Part shown: positions 20,498 through 30,898 of the stretch, one piece after another
Numbering within the stretch: the stretch's first letter is position 1
How the letters are laid out: the number at the start of each line of letters is the position of its first letter
Assembly (NCBI GenBank): GCA_963691875.1
Contig: OY829846.1
Span: 1,760,001 to 1,824,000, forward strand
Direction of reading: 5' to 3'
Length of the DNA: 64,000 nucleotides
Origin: Aureliella sp.
GTDB taxonomy: Bacteria; Planctomycetota; Planctomycetia; Pirellulales; Pirellulaceae
Program-made: the position numbers and the translations under genes
Notes under the pieces: model-generated
What the model saw: the letters and a program-made list of their open reading frames with translations, nothing else
Told to the model about the DNA's origin: nothing
The model's database searches: none

Positions 20498-20986
20498 ATG
20501 CCAGATGGACCACTTCGCATTGCAATTGGCGGAGATCATGCGGGATTCAGCACCAAAGCAACCTTGGCCGAGCTGCTTCAGAAGCAGGGACTGACCATCA
20601 TTGATTGCGGTGCAAAGAGTGAGGAGCCCTGTGATTTTCCGGACTTTGCCGAAAAGGTTGCCATTGAGCTGTTATCAGGCAATGTCGAGCGGGGCATTTT
20701 AGTTTGCGGTAGTGGCGTCGGGGTCAGCGTTGCAGCGAATAAGATCCCTGGAATCCGAGCGAGCTTGTGTCACGATTCCTATTCGTCTCGACAAGGAGTC
20801 GAGCATGATGACATGAACGTGTTGTGCATCGGAGCTCGTGTGATAGGTATCGAGTTAGCGCAAGAAGTCGTGCGTTCCTTTCTTTCGGCGACTTACGCGC
20901 CGCAGCCCCGTCACCAGAAAAGAGTAGATAAGATTTTGGAAATTGAGCGCAAAGCCTTGGCAGGAGAGTACCCGACAGGCGGATAG
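20498..20986 (+). CDS. rpiB: Ribose-5-phosphate isomerase B
   Basis: IGGDHAG, CGSGVGVSVAANKIPGIRA, HDDMNVLCIGAR, RHQKRV. Confidence 0.95.
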   Translation: MPDGPLRIAIGGDHAGFSTKATLAELLQKQGLTIIDCGAKSEEPCDFPDFAEKVAIELLSGNVERGILVCGSGVGVSVAANKIPGIRASLCHDSYSSRQGVEHDDMNVLCIGARVIGIELAQEVVRSFLSATYAPQPRHQKRVDKILEIERKALAGEYPTGG

Positions 20987-21111
20987 CAGTTGGCAATTGA
21001 AGGTCGGCTGCTGTTCGAAAACGTGGAGGGACTCTGGTCCCGAATGACCTGAGGCTTCGCTAGAATAGTACGGGCGAACTAGCAAATTCTGTGTCGTTAA
21101 GGAAACGTGAA

Positions 21112-21486
21112 ATGGCCAAGAATGTTTTAGGCACAGACCTGCAGACTTGTGGTACTGATCCCATGACCGGGTTCTTCCGAGATGGATGCTGCAATACGGG
21201 GGCCGATGATGCAGGAATGCACACTGTCTGTGCGGAAGTCACTGATGACTTCTTGAGATTCTCGAAGCTCAAGGGCAACGATTTGTCGACACCGATGCCC
21301 ATGTACGAGTTTCCTGGTCTTCGGGAAGGAGATCGTTGGTGCCTGTGTGTGCTGCGGTGGAAGGAAGCATTCGAAGCTGGCATGGCGCCCAAAGTGAATC
21401 TGAAAGCAACCCATATGTCCGCGCTTGAGTTCTTGGACCTCGAGGACTTAAAGTCACATGCAACTGAAGATAGCGTTGAGCCGTGA
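21112..21486 (+). CDS. DUF2237 family protein
   Basis: NVLG.L..C..DPMTGFFRDGCC...HTVCA...GNDLSTP...GDRWCLC..RW. Confidence 0.93.
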   Translation: MAKNVLGTDLQTCGTDPMTGFFRDGCCNTGADDAGMHTVCAEVTDDFLRFSKLKGNDLSTPMPMYEFPGLREGDRWCLCVLRWKEAFEAGMAPKVNLKATHMSALEFLDLEDLKSHATEDSVEP

Positions 21487-21554
21487 ACCTGCTGGGAAGT
21501 TCGACCGTCATAGCGGCATTCCTTTGCAATACCGCTTTTGAGCTCCCCAAACTG

Positions 21555-21908
21555 ATGATCGCCAAGCTCTCAGTACTCTTTGTCTGCTCCATGAACCAGT
21601 GGCGGAGTCCCGCTGCAGAGCAAATCTACAGAGACCACCCTGCAGTGAATCCACGATCTGCAGGCACCAACAAAGGAGCACGGCGGGCAGTGTCCTCCGA
21701 ATTAATTGAATGGGCGGACTTGGTATTCGTGATGGAGCAAAAGCACCTGAAGCGACTTCGCGAGCAATTCTCAGAAACCATGCGTTCCAAGCCGGTGGCT
21801 GTCTTGGATATTCCAGACCGCTATCGCTACATGGATCCCGAATTAATCGGTGAACTGCAGAGGTCTGTGAATCCGATCCTGGAGCAGGCTCTTCAGGGTG
21901 GCGGCTAG
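21555..21908 (+). CDS. Low-molecular-weight protein tyrosine phosphatase family protein
   Basis: LFVCSMNQWRS (CX5R), RSAGT, WADLVFVME, LDIPD. Confidence 0.9.
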   Translation: MIAKLSVLFVCSMNQWRSPAAEQIYRDHPAVNPRSAGTNKGARRAVSSELIEWADLVFVMEQKHLKRLREQFSETMRSKPVAVLDIPDRYRYMDPELIGELQRSVNPILEQALQGGG

Positions 21909-24900
21909 CCAATAGGACTTGGTGGTAGGCCAGCTGAGGGTAAAGGCAAGTTGGACATAGCTACTGCATGAGTCCCACTCGATTCACTTGGCAATCCGCC
22001 TTTTTCGCCAACATCGACTGCTTTTTCCATAGCAAAGTCAAATTCAAAGAGGCTAGAAACAGGGTCCCAATCGATGTCGACACGCGTGTGAAGGCGTTCA
22101 GCCAGCTGTAACGTTTGAGTCGTTGGGCGACATTGGCTGGTAAGGGCTTGAATAAAGCCGGTTTGCACGCCATCACAGGCAACAAATGCTCCAAGGCTAG
22201 CCGGAGCGCTGATGACGCAAGTCGTCTCTTCGAGCCCCTCTCGGCGAAGTAATTGTTGTAGTAGCTCCTGATGCTCTTTCGGTGCTACAGCGAATCGATA
22301 CACCTTACATCCATACCCCGAGACTTGTGGAGCGAATTCTGTCAGTTGGTCCACAGACAGGCTGCAGTCCTGGCGTGAGTCTTCCTGTGCCCCGTATCGT
22401 GAGAAATCGATTTGGTGCGAGGCAACGTGCTGTTCGCAAGCTGCCTTGGCAAACTTGAAGATCGAAAGGAGGTTGTTGTCGTTTTCAAGAATCTTTTTAC
22501 TACTAGCCGTACCAGGGACAGTCGTCTGTGCTTCCCGATGCACAATCTGCTCCAGGTCAGAACTGATCCTGCGAAGGAGTCGCTGGATTTCGGTAGGCAA
22601 CTCAGAGATCTTTTCTCGGAGGTTATCGCAACTCAAGCGACTTTCCGCTTGAAGCGAGATGGCCCAGCTTTCAATTTTGGCTCGTAGTGTTTCGCCACCA
22701 GCCTGAAACTTGCCAAGGAAGCCTATCAGCTCGGCAATCATCTGCTTTAGGTAGCTTTCCATGCGAGTCAGACACTCTTCCGTATTGCCGAAATCAGCTG
22801 GGAATACGGCTTCAAGCAACGCTCGGCCGTGCGACTGGGTGTAGTCAAGGATGCTCTCGATCATACGCAGCTGAATGCGTTCAATTTGCCGCCAGGCAAA
22901 GACCTTCATTCGCACGGCGTTGTAAAAATTGCCGCGCCAGATCTCGATATCACGGTATATCTGTTTACCAATAACACACGAATCAGCGCTCAGTCTCGCC
23001 AACCAAACACGCCTGAAGGCTTCACGCTGTTCTGCCGTAGCGGCTCCGATTCTCGTCAAGGCAGCGCTCTCAACAAAGCCCATTCGTTGCAGCGTGCGTT
23101 TGACCACCTCCTGGTTGCTCGCTTCACACGATTCAGAATCCAGTCCCCGCTTTGCCCCTTCAGACTCCTCTTTGGAGGATTCTTTGTTCCCAGTGGACTC
23201 CAGGTATTCGTGCATCTCGAAAACGGCATTGGCAACGGCCAATTTGGTAACTGACTCTTGATCTGTGGGTTCAAACAGTTGTAGTGGACTGGCAGACGCG
23301 GAGCGAATCCAGCCTTCCTCTTGCTGTCCCCGCGCTACTCGGTCTTCCGACAAGGCAAGGCTGACGGCAGTTTGTGAATCAACAAAAACGGCATTCGCCA
23401 GACTTTGAACGGCAGGATTGACGCTTTTAGCATCGCCATGAAGCCCGCCATCCAACAATGTCACCCAGTCAAACGGACGATTGTTTGCTGCAGGTGTATC
23501 TTTATGATACAGGTTAGGGTTTTCACGCGAACTGTCCATCAGCTGTTTTAGCTCTGCAAACGTTGCGATAGCGTTGGCGGATGGCATACACGCACTCGGA
23601 CTCTTTAGCGTCGTTGCCCAGAGCAGATTAGCGCAGATTCGATAATTATTGTATTTAAGGTCCGACATGACGCGGCGTATAAGCAGGCCAAACTCGCTCA
23701 GCATCCCACTGCCCGTTCCGCCATGTATTGATGCGAGCAAGTAGATGCATAGCGGGTTCTCGCAAGCCTGATCTTTCTCGTGCTCATGAATAAGTTTGGA
23801 CAGCTCTTCGCGCAGCTTAGCCTTCAAAGCTTCATAGTGGTCAAGCAACGCAAGAAGCGCGATCGGACGCACGCCTTCAGTCGTCCGAGATTTTGGGATA
23901 TTGTAAAGCCATCTTCGCGAGATTGGCTGCAGCAACCCAGGAGAGGACTCGCGGTAATCGATGGGTTTGTAAATTGGAATCTGCACGACCTGGCTATCCG
24001 AAAGTCGAGCGTTGCCGATGGGATTAACCAGCTGAGCCAAGTTTTCGCTTGCCGTGTCGACGCCCAGCCAGCCGTGATCCTCGACTGCCAATCGCGAATC
24101 ATAGTTGTTGAAAACGAGATGTCTCAAGTGTGCGAGAGCATCGCACCCCATTCCACCCAAAGCTAGGAAGAGACTTCGAGGCATGCAGTAGGAATCACCT
24201 ACTTCCTCTACTTTCATCGCAGGAGCAAATCGAAGATTGCCCGAGTCGGATGTATACGATTGATGCGTCTGAACCTTATCCTTACTTTCAGCCGGCTTTT
24301 CACAGTCCGCTTGGTCGTCTCTCGTAGAGGCAGCGGGTAAAGCTGAAGCACGGGCCTTCTGCAGCATCTCGATTAGCTGTCGGCAGGAACTGTAGCGATC
24401 CAGTGGGTTCTTAGACAGCGAGCGCTTAATGATCGGCCGGTCTGCGGGCGGCAACGCATCCAGCTCCGGTTCCGCCGTCAAGTGTTTTCGCGCTAACTCT
24501 GCCGTATTGCTTCCGGAGAATGGCAAACACCCAGTCAGCAACTCCATGTAGACGATTGCAAGCGAGTACTGATCGCTTCTGTGATCAGGCATGCCGTCGA
24601 GAATTTCAGGCGCAGAGTATGTCGGTGTGAGCCCTTTGACCATGGACTGCGAACTGTTGTGTAAGTCCTTGACCAAGCCAAAATCGGCAACTTTGACGCG
24701 ATTGGCTATCAAGAGCAGATTGCTGGGCTTTACATCCAAGTGTTGCAGAGAATGTTTTTGGGCAAGAAAGTCAAGTCCATCAGAAGTATCGCGCATGAAT
24801 TCTAAGAGGGTGGCGCGTGGGATACCGGGTTCGCCCTGACACCTGTACTGGTGAAAACGATTCAACAAACTGCCTTCTGCCAGTTCCGTGACAATGACCA

Positions 24901-25156
24901 CCTGACTGTCAATGATCTCGATACGTTCAAGCGAAAGCAAGAACGGGTGGCTGACCTCCTTGATACGCTGCAGACTATTCAATTCCGCACTTGCATGCGA
25001 CTCTTCTACTGAACCTAAGACGAGTTTTACTGCCTTCTGGAGTCCGCCCGGAGCATCCGCCAACCACACCTCGCCATAGCCACCCGCACCAATTCGCTTA
25101 CGGAGCTTGTAGCCAGGGATGATCTCAAGACCGACTTTTTCTGGTGGACGAGTCAT
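21905..25156 (-). CDS. Ser/Thr protein kinase fused to a tubulin/FtsZ-like (Tubulin_2) domain
   Basis: Kinase motifs GAGGYGEV, AVK, HLDVKPSN, DFG, TPTYSAPE; tubulin-like motifs LALGGMG, GVDT, ASIHGGTGSG, PFDWVTL. Confidence 0.9.
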   Translation of the reverse strand: MTRPPEKVGLEIIPGYKLRKRIGAGGYGEVWLADAPGGLQKAVKLVLGSVEESHASAELNSLQRIKEVSHPFLLSLERIEIIDSQVVIVTELAEGSLLNRFHQYRCQGEPGIPRATLLEFMRDTSDGLDFLAQKHSLQHLDVKPSNLLLIANRVKVADFGLVKDLHNSSQSMVKGLTPTYSAPEILDGMPDHRSDQYSLAIVYMELLTGCLPFSGSNTAELARKHLTAEPELDALPPADRPIIKRSLSKNPLDRYSSCRQLIEMLQKARASALPAASTRDDQADCEKPAESKDKVQTHQSYTSDSGNLRFAPAMKVEEVGDSYCMPRSLFLALGGMGCDALAHLRHLVFNNYDSRLAVEDHGWLGVDTASENLAQLVNPIGNARLSDSQVVQIPIYKPIDYRESSPGLLQPISRRWLYNIPKSRTTEGVRPIALLALLDHYEALKAKLREELSKLIHEHEKDQACENPLCIYLLASIHGGTGSGMLSEFGLLIRRVMSDLKYNNYRICANLLWATTLKSPSACMPSANAIATFAELKQLMDSSRENPNLYHKDTPAANNRPFDWVTLLDGGLHGDAKSVNPAVQSLANAVFVDSQTAVSLALSEDRVARGQQEEGWIRSASASPLQLFEPTDQESVTKLAVANAVFEMHEYLESTGNKESSKEESEGAKRGLDSESCEASNQEVVKRTLQRMGFVESAALTRIGAATAEQREAFRRVWLARLSADSCVIGKQIYRDIEIWRGNFYNAVRMKVFAWRQIERIQLRMIESILDYTQSHGRALLEAVFPADFGNTEECLTRMESYLKQMIAELIGFLGKFQAGGETLRAKIESWAISLQAESRLSCDNLREKISELPTEIQRLLRRISSDLEQIVHREAQTTVPGTASSKKILENDNNLLSIFKFAKAACEQHVASHQIDFSRYGAQEDSRQDCSLSVDQLTEFAPQVSGYGCKVYRFAVAPKEHQELLQQLLRREGLEETTCVISAPASLGAFVACDGVQTGFIQALTSQCRPTTQTLQLAERLHTRVDIDWDPVSSLFEFDFAMEKAVDVGEKGGLPSESSGTHAVAMSNLPLPSAGLPPSPIG

Positions 25157-25203
25157 GCGTTATTGGGCGTCAGAGGTGAAATGCAATCTCGAGAGAAGCA
25201 ATA

Positions 25204-26763
25204 TCAGCCAGCCGGCATCTCCTGGGGTGAGACCGAAATTGGACAAGTCGCTCCAACTGGTCTGGATGCACTATTTTGCTTCGCTTCGCTTGGCTCCTCC
25301 TCAGTCGTGGCCGCTCTTTCGTTGGGGCTCGTGCTTGGAACCGGTGCATTAACGGACGGCACAGGGACTGATACAGCCTGAGAAGCAGCGGCGAGAGAGC
25401 CGTTCATTTGCGTGCCGAGACTGCCGAAGTAGTTTTTGCAAGCGTGCTTTAAGTAATCGATACGCAAATCGAGCGGCTCGCTGCGGTACTGACAATACGC
25501 ACGAACCTGCTTCAGTAAGTCGCGAGGATAACAACGACGCAATGGCCAACCACCTTTGATGAAGTAACCTTCGATCAACTGTTGGACAATCGCGGGCCGC
25601 CAAGGGAATCCAAACTGGCTGCATGCCAGCTGGAACAAATACATGAACTCATTCGGACTTGGATCGCGAATCTCAATCTTGAAAGGAACACGACGTAAGA
25701 AAGCTTCGTCCACCAAGTCGGCAGGTTGTAGATTGGTGGAGAAAAGTACAAGCTGCTCGAAAGGAACGCTAATGTTCTTGCCAGTTGGCAGCGTCAAATA
25801 GTCAATCTTGTTTTCAAGCGGAACGATCCATCGATTGAGCAACTCCGTTGGTGATACCCTTTGACGGCCAAAGTCGTCGATCAGTAGGCTGCCGCAGTTA
25901 CTTTTCAGCTGTAATGGAGCTTCGCAAGTATTAGTGCGTACGTCATGGCGGATTTCGAGATTGTCAAGCGTCAATTCGCGGCCAGCAAGGACAGTTGGGC
26001 GCCGAATTCGAATCCAACGTCGGTCATAGTCTTGCATGTTAACCAGACCACGCTCGTTCTCGATCTTCAGTTCTTCGTGATAAGCACCGTCGTATAGCTT
26101 GATAATTACTCCATCATCGATGATGGCATGAGGTATCCATACACTTTCGCTTCGCAAGACGGTCAGACACTTTGCCAGTGTTGTTTTACCGTTGCCCGGA
26201 GGACCGTACAGGAAGATGCCACCGGAGCTAGTATTGACGGCTGGACCAAGGAAGTCGAGCCAACCTTTTTCATACGAGATTTCCGCCATCGCCTCCGTCA
26301 GCTGCGCTCGCTCGATCGCCTCGTATTGGTTTGACTGAGCCTCGACCGACAGCAGGTATTCGGACATCGGAACAGGTGCAGGGCCAGTGTAGACAAATGA
26401 CTTCTGGCTGTTGAGCGTTCGTTTTTGGCCAGCATCGGTCAAACTGTAATAGTAGTCATTCAGCGGCGCGGACCGTGCGTGAGCCACAACCAATCTTGTC
26501 CGAAGGCCGCCGAGAAAATTTTCTACGATGCCGAAAGGAAGACCAACTTTTTCAGAAAGTCTTCGGCCACTGAGCGTACCTTCAGCCAGCAGGCATTGGC
26601 ATACAATCGTCTCGACCAGTGGAAGCGAAAGCCCAGCATCCTCCAGCGACATGGGTGCGGCGGGCCAATACTGGTCGTCATGCAAAACGGTCGGAAGAGC
26701 CACCTCCGACAGTGAATCGGTATCGGACGGGTCGACTGAGTGATTGTTTCTAGCTAGTTCCAT
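25204..26763 (-). CDS. AAA+ family ATPase with an N-terminal winged-helix-like region
   Basis: Walker A GPPGNGKT, Walker B LLIDDFG, FSTN, DEAFLRR. Confidence 0.9.
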   Translation of the reverse strand: MELARNNHSVDPSDTDSLSEVALPTVLHDDQYWPAAPMSLEDAGLSLPLVETIVCQCLLAEGTLSGRRLSEKVGLPFGIVENFLGGLRTRLVVAHARSAPLNDYYYSLTDAGQKRTLNSQKSFVYTGPAPVPMSEYLLSVEAQSNQYEAIERAQLTEAMAEISYEKGWLDFLGPAVNTSSGGIFLYGPPGNGKTTLAKCLTVLRSESVWIPHAIIDDGVIIKLYDGAYHEELKIENERGLVNMQDYDRRWIRIRRPTVLAGRELTLDNLEIRHDVRTNTCEAPLQLKSNCGSLLIDDFGRQRVSPTELLNRWIVPLENKIDYLTLPTGKNISVPFEQLVLFSTNLQPADLVDEAFLRRVPFKIEIRDPSPNEFMYLFQLACSQFGFPWRPAIVQQLIEGYFIKGGWPLRRCYPRDLLKQVRAYCQYRSEPLDLRIDYLKHACKNYFGSLGTQMNGSLAAASQAVSVPVPSVNAPVPSTSPNERAATTEEEPSEAKQNSASRPVGATCPISVSPQEMPAG

Positions 26764-27232
26764 CAGTCGTTCCGCTTGCTTGTGTCGAAGGAGACGGTCT
26801 CTGGCTTATGGAAAACGAGGGAGCAGACCACCAGTTGTGTTGGGGAACTTCGACTGCGCAAGTAAAGAGCACACGGGGCAGATAAAACATACGCGCTTTG
26901 CGGGTTAGGTAGATTTGCCGACAAAACAGTTTGCGGTCTTACGACAATTTGCAGTAACTTTGCGTGGAGATAGTCCTAGATTGCGGACTTTGACGATTCG
27001 GGAGGATCAGAGAGTCCTGCGTTCTGCGCTAAGCAGTATTCAATTGAAGCCTGCTTCTGCAAGGTTCCTCATCTGTTTTTTCTCGCCCAAAACATGAATT
27101 CAGAATCTATGGCTTATGGTTTGAAAGCCACCGATTTAGGCGGTTGGCACCGACGTTTCGGCGTCACTCATCGGCGTAACCACACTCCAATGCCCCACAA
27201 GAAGATTCCGTTAGTTACGAACCCTTCAGCCA

Positions 27233-28351
27233 ATGGACTCACATCCCATTCAACCGAAAAGTACGAGCCGCCAGTCAGCAGCTGTCGATCGGCTACGTTG
27301 GATGCTGGTACCAGCGGCTAGTAGCGGTGGGCACGAGCCAATCGTTGCATGGCCTCTTCCCTTCCGAATCGGCCGACGCCAAGGTTGCGTTTTGCAGTTG
27401 AATTCAAAAGCAATCTCTGGTCATCACGCGGAGTTGCATCAAGTAGACGACCAGCTCTGGGTTACCGATCTAAACAGCACCAACGGCACTTACGTCAACG
27501 GGAAACGTATTGATCAGCCTACGGAATTGAACGATACCGCCCTGCTTCAGTTGGCAGACATCGCCTTCCGAGTCGACCGAGATCGCCATGAGCTTACTTT
27601 CGCTACGATCAACGAAGAGATGTGCGACGATGCATTGGCGCTAGTCCAATTTGATCGTTTGATGGAAAACCGCCTTGTCACGCCATTCTTTCAATCGATC
27701 GTGGACCTACGCTCCGGAGCTCCGCTTGGCTATGAAGTGCTTGCCCGAAGTCAAGTCTTCGGTTTAGAGTCGAGCTACGCGATGTTCAATGTGGCATCGC
27801 AACTGAACATGGAAGTGGTCCTGAGCGCGATGTTGAGGTGGGAAGGAATCCGTGAAGGACTCAACTTGCCGGATCGCCCCACCCTGTTCGTCAACACACA
27901 TCCGCATGAAATTCGGACAGAAGGCCTGGTTTCTTCGCTGGCAAACGTCAAGCAACTTTCTTCCGACATGCGAATTGTGTTAGAGGTGCATGAGGCTGCA
28001 ATTACCGATCCCAAAGAAATGGTCGAATTGCGAGACAACCTCAAAGCTTTAGGTATTGGCATTGCTTACGACGACTTTAGCTCAGGACAAACCCGCCTCA
28101 CAGAACTCATTGAAGCTCAGCCCGACTATTTGAAATTCGACACCCGCCTGATCAAAAACATCGATAAAGCCAGTTTAGAACGCCAACGAACACTGGAGTC
28201 GCTAGTCAAGATGGCCCTGGACCTCGGCGTCAATCCCTTGGCAGTGGGTGTCGAGACTGCTGCTGAAGCTGATGTCTGCCGAAAGATGGGCTTCAAGGCC
28301 GCACAAGGCTACCACTTTGGTCGTCCTGCTCCGGTTCGCAGCTTCCAGTAA
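27233..28351 (+). CDS. FHA-domain + EAL-domain protein
   Basis: FHA: IGR, ISGHHA, DLNSTNGT. EAL: YEVLAR, FVN, LEVHE, DDFSSG, LKFD, AVGVET, QGYHF. Confidence 0.92.
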   Translation: MDSHPIQPKSTSRQSAAVDRLRWMLVPAASSGGHEPIVAWPLPFRIGRRQGCVLQLNSKAISGHHAELHQVDDQLWVTDLNSTNGTYVNGKRIDQPTELNDTALLQLADIAFRVDRDRHELTFATINEEMCDDALALVQFDRLMENRLVTPFFQSIVDLRSGAPLGYEVLARSQVFGLESSYAMFNVASQLNMEVVLSAMLRWEGIREGLNLPDRPTLFVNTHPHEIRTEGLVSSLANVKQLSSDMRIVLEVHEAAITDPKEMVELRDNLKALGIGIAYDDFSSGQTRLTELIEAQPDYLKFDTRLIKNIDKASLERQRTLESLVKMALDLGVNPLAVGVETAAEADVCRKMGFKAAQGYHFGRPAPVRSFQ

Positions 28352-28414
28352 CATCTCTCCCTCGCGACGTCACTACTTTGATCCGCAGTCTTTCTGCCTC
28401 AAAATCTTCCGCTG

Positions 28415-29656
28415 CTACTCGTAGCGTAGCGCGTCTATCGGATCTAACTTGCTTGCTCGCCAAGCAGGATAGAAGCCGAAAAGGATGCCGACCGCAGCAG
28501 AAAATATCAACGCTACAATTGCAGCGTTGTAGCTGACGATCACAGGCCAGTCCTTGCCGGAAGAGATTTCATTGATAAGAGTTGTCATGCCGATTGAGAA
28601 TCCGGTCCCAAGCCCTATTCCAATGGCACCGCCGATCACAGAAAGCACGACAGATTCAACTAGGAATTGCATCAGTATATCTCGTCCTCGCGCGCCAACG
28701 GCCATGCGAATTCCGATCTCACGGGTTCGCTCCGTGACGGACACCAACATGATGTTCATAATTCCAACGCCTCCAACAATCAAGGAAATCCCTGCGATGG
28801 CGGCCAGCATGATCGTCAACGTTCCGGTCACTACAGCAAATCCAGCTGCCATCTCGGAAGAACTCCGAACAATGAAATCTGCCGGTTGCCCCAAGCCGAT
28901 CTCGTGCCGGTCCAGTAGTAGATTCCGCATTTCAACTTCGGCTTGCGGCATTTGATCCGCACTTCTAGCCGTCGCGATGATGTAATTCACAGTGTCAAAA
29001 TTGCTACCCTGCAACCTCTTGCGAACGGTCGTATGAGGCATAACCAAAACGTCATCCTTGTCCTGCCCCACCATGTCGGCCCCCTTCGATTCGAAGACAC
29101 CGACAACTTCAAAGGGGATGTTCTTTACACGTATGATTTTGCCAATTGGGTTTGAAGTCTGGAACAGTTTCTCCACGACGGTTTGCCCAAGGACACAAAC
29201 CTTATTTGCAGCCTTGATATCACGCTCGGTGAAAAAATTCCCAAGTCGCAACTGCCAATTCCTGACAACTACGAAATCTTCTCCCACGCCCATAGACTCC
29301 GTAGGTGTCCAGTTGCAGTTCCCGTAGACGGCCGGTGCAGCGGCGATCACAACTGGGCTCGCCGCGACCACGCTTTCGCATTCCTCACCTAGAGCAGTTG
29401 CGTCAGGAGCAGTGAGCGTCTGAATCTGACGCCGGACGCCACGACTGGACTGCTCATTCCCTGGAAAGACCAAGATCACGTTTGTCCCGAACGCTTCAAA
29501 CTCGCCTTGAACCAACTGGCTTGCCGACAGTCCCACGGAAACCATCGCGGTTACTGCGGCGATACCGATCACCACCCCGAGCACTGTCAAGGCTGCTCGC
29601 ATCTTGTTCTTCGCTAAGGCTCGAATGGCAATACGAATCGTTGCAAAACCGATCAC
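28415..29656 (-). CDS. MacB/FtsX-family ABC transporter permease
   Basis: NKMRAALTVLGVVIGIAAV, GGVGIMNIMLVSVTERTREIGIRMAVGA, LDPIDALRYE; no ATPase domain. Confidence 0.95.
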   Translation of the reverse strand: MIGFATIRIAIRALAKNKMRAALTVLGVVIGIAAVTAMVSVGLSASQLVQGEFEAFGTNVILVFPGNEQSSRGVRRQIQTLTAPDATALGEECESVVAASPVVIAAAPAVYGNCNWTPTESMGVGEDFVVVRNWQLRLGNFFTERDIKAANKVCVLGQTVVEKLFQTSNPIGKIIRVKNIPFEVVGVFESKGADMVGQDKDDVLVMPHTTVRKRLQGSNFDTVNYIIATARSADQMPQAEVEMRNLLLDRHEIGLGQPADFIVRSSSEMAAGFAVVTGTLTIMLAAIAGISLIVGGVGIMNIMLVSVTERTREIGIRMAVGARGRDILMQFLVESVVLSVIGGAIGIGLGTGFSIGMTTLINEISSGKDWPVIVSYNAAIVALIFSAAVGILFGFYPAWRASKLDPIDALRYE

Positions 29657-30111
29657 AATCGGGCTTTCAAATTTGGACTATCGACGTGTGACGAAGCAGT
29701 GTTGTTTGTCAAACCGCTGATTTCACAGTCTCCGTTTTGACTCAATAAACCATTTTCCAACAAGGCCGTGCATGCTAGCTATGGCAACGCGGCACGATTG
29801 GAAACTCGCCCGACCTGCCAAACGTGCAGACCCGTATTCAACGACACTACCCTAAAGCCTTTCGATCGTTGGACTTACGGGTATCCCGAAAATGTGAAGC
29901 AATCTTGGATTTCTCATGCACCACCTTAACTCAGCGAAGCGTAAGATAAATCCCTCTTTACCCCAGAATGGAATCTTCTCACAATACCGCGACTTCTGCC
30001 ACGGCTACCGGTTGCTCGGCAGACCAAACCCTTCCAAGGATGGTTGGGCAAATAAAACGGACGCGCGTGGTCAACTACGCCCCACAAACACGCAGAGCAA
30101 GGAGTGCACAA

Positions 30112-30735
30112 GTGCGTAATTGGAGCCTACTTACGGCAATCTTAATCGCTGGATTTGTTTCACCAGCTGTCGGACAGGAAGGTGCCGCTGGCACCGCAGC
30201 TACCAGCCAAATCAGCATCGCTGTAATTGATGTTGGATTCATCTTGAAGAATCACCCAACGATGAAGAACGACCTCGATACGATCGAGGGTCAAATGAAA
30301 CAAGCCGACGAAGAAATGACCAAACGTCGGAACGAAATCCTCAAGTTGATGGAGCAGCTGAAAGAACGTTTCCAAGAGGGAACAGCTGAATACATCAAAG
30401 AGGAAAAGAGAATCGCTGCAATGGACACCGACTTCCGCCTCGAAATCGTCAATAAACGCAAAGAATTCGACGGGAAGCGAGCTCAAGTTCTATCGGCAAT
30501 CTACTCCGAAATTACTTCTCTTGTAGCTTACGCAAGCAAGAGCATGGGCATTCAAGTCGTTCTACGAGTCAATGGCACTCGCGAGAAGCTTGATCCGAAC
30601 AAGCCAGAGACCGTTCAATTGAAACTTTCTCAAGAAGTTGTTCACTACGCATCTAACGTAGATCTTACTGAGTGGGTCTTGGATGGATTGAAGCAGCGAA
30701 GTGCGAATCGCACGGGCGCTGCTGTCCCTCGATAA
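30112..30735 (+). CDS. skp: OmpH/Skp family periplasmic chaperone
   Basis: GTG start after AAGGAG; signal peptide, IAVIDV, coiled coil, VDLTEWVL; sits upstream of lpxC-lpxA. Confidence 0.85.
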   Translation: MRNWSLLTAILIAGFVSPAVGQEGAAGTAATSQISIAVIDVGFILKNHPTMKNDLDTIEGQMKQADEEMTKRRNEILKLMEQLKERFQEGTAEYIKEEKRIAAMDTDFRLEIVNKRKEFDGKRAQVLSAIYSEITSLVAYASKSMGIQVVLRVNGTREKLDPNKPETVQLKLSQEVVHYASNVDLTEWVLDGLKQRSANRTGAAVPR

Positions 30736-30868
30736 AATTGGTAGCTCACCAATTTGAATTCACGAGTTACTCATCCAGCGAGACTGCAAGAGTAACCCAT
30801 CAGAAACTTGTGAACAAATGGATGCTTAATCACCCCTTGCTCTGCCACCGTTTGCGAGCTTGAAACAT

Positions 30869-30898
30869 AGGCGTGCGAGAGACTTCTCTCGCACGCCT
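30869..30898 (+). terminator. Strong hairpin between skp and lpxC (terminator or stabiliser)
   Basis: Perfect inverted repeat AGGCGTGCGAGAGA-CT-TCTCTCGCACGCCT; no clear U-tract. Confidence 0.55.

Noticed and set aside
28415..29656. Orphan MacB permease (likewise orphan glcF and trpF) as signs of disruption
   Set aside because: The ORFs are intact, and scattered pathway genes are normal in planctomycetes.
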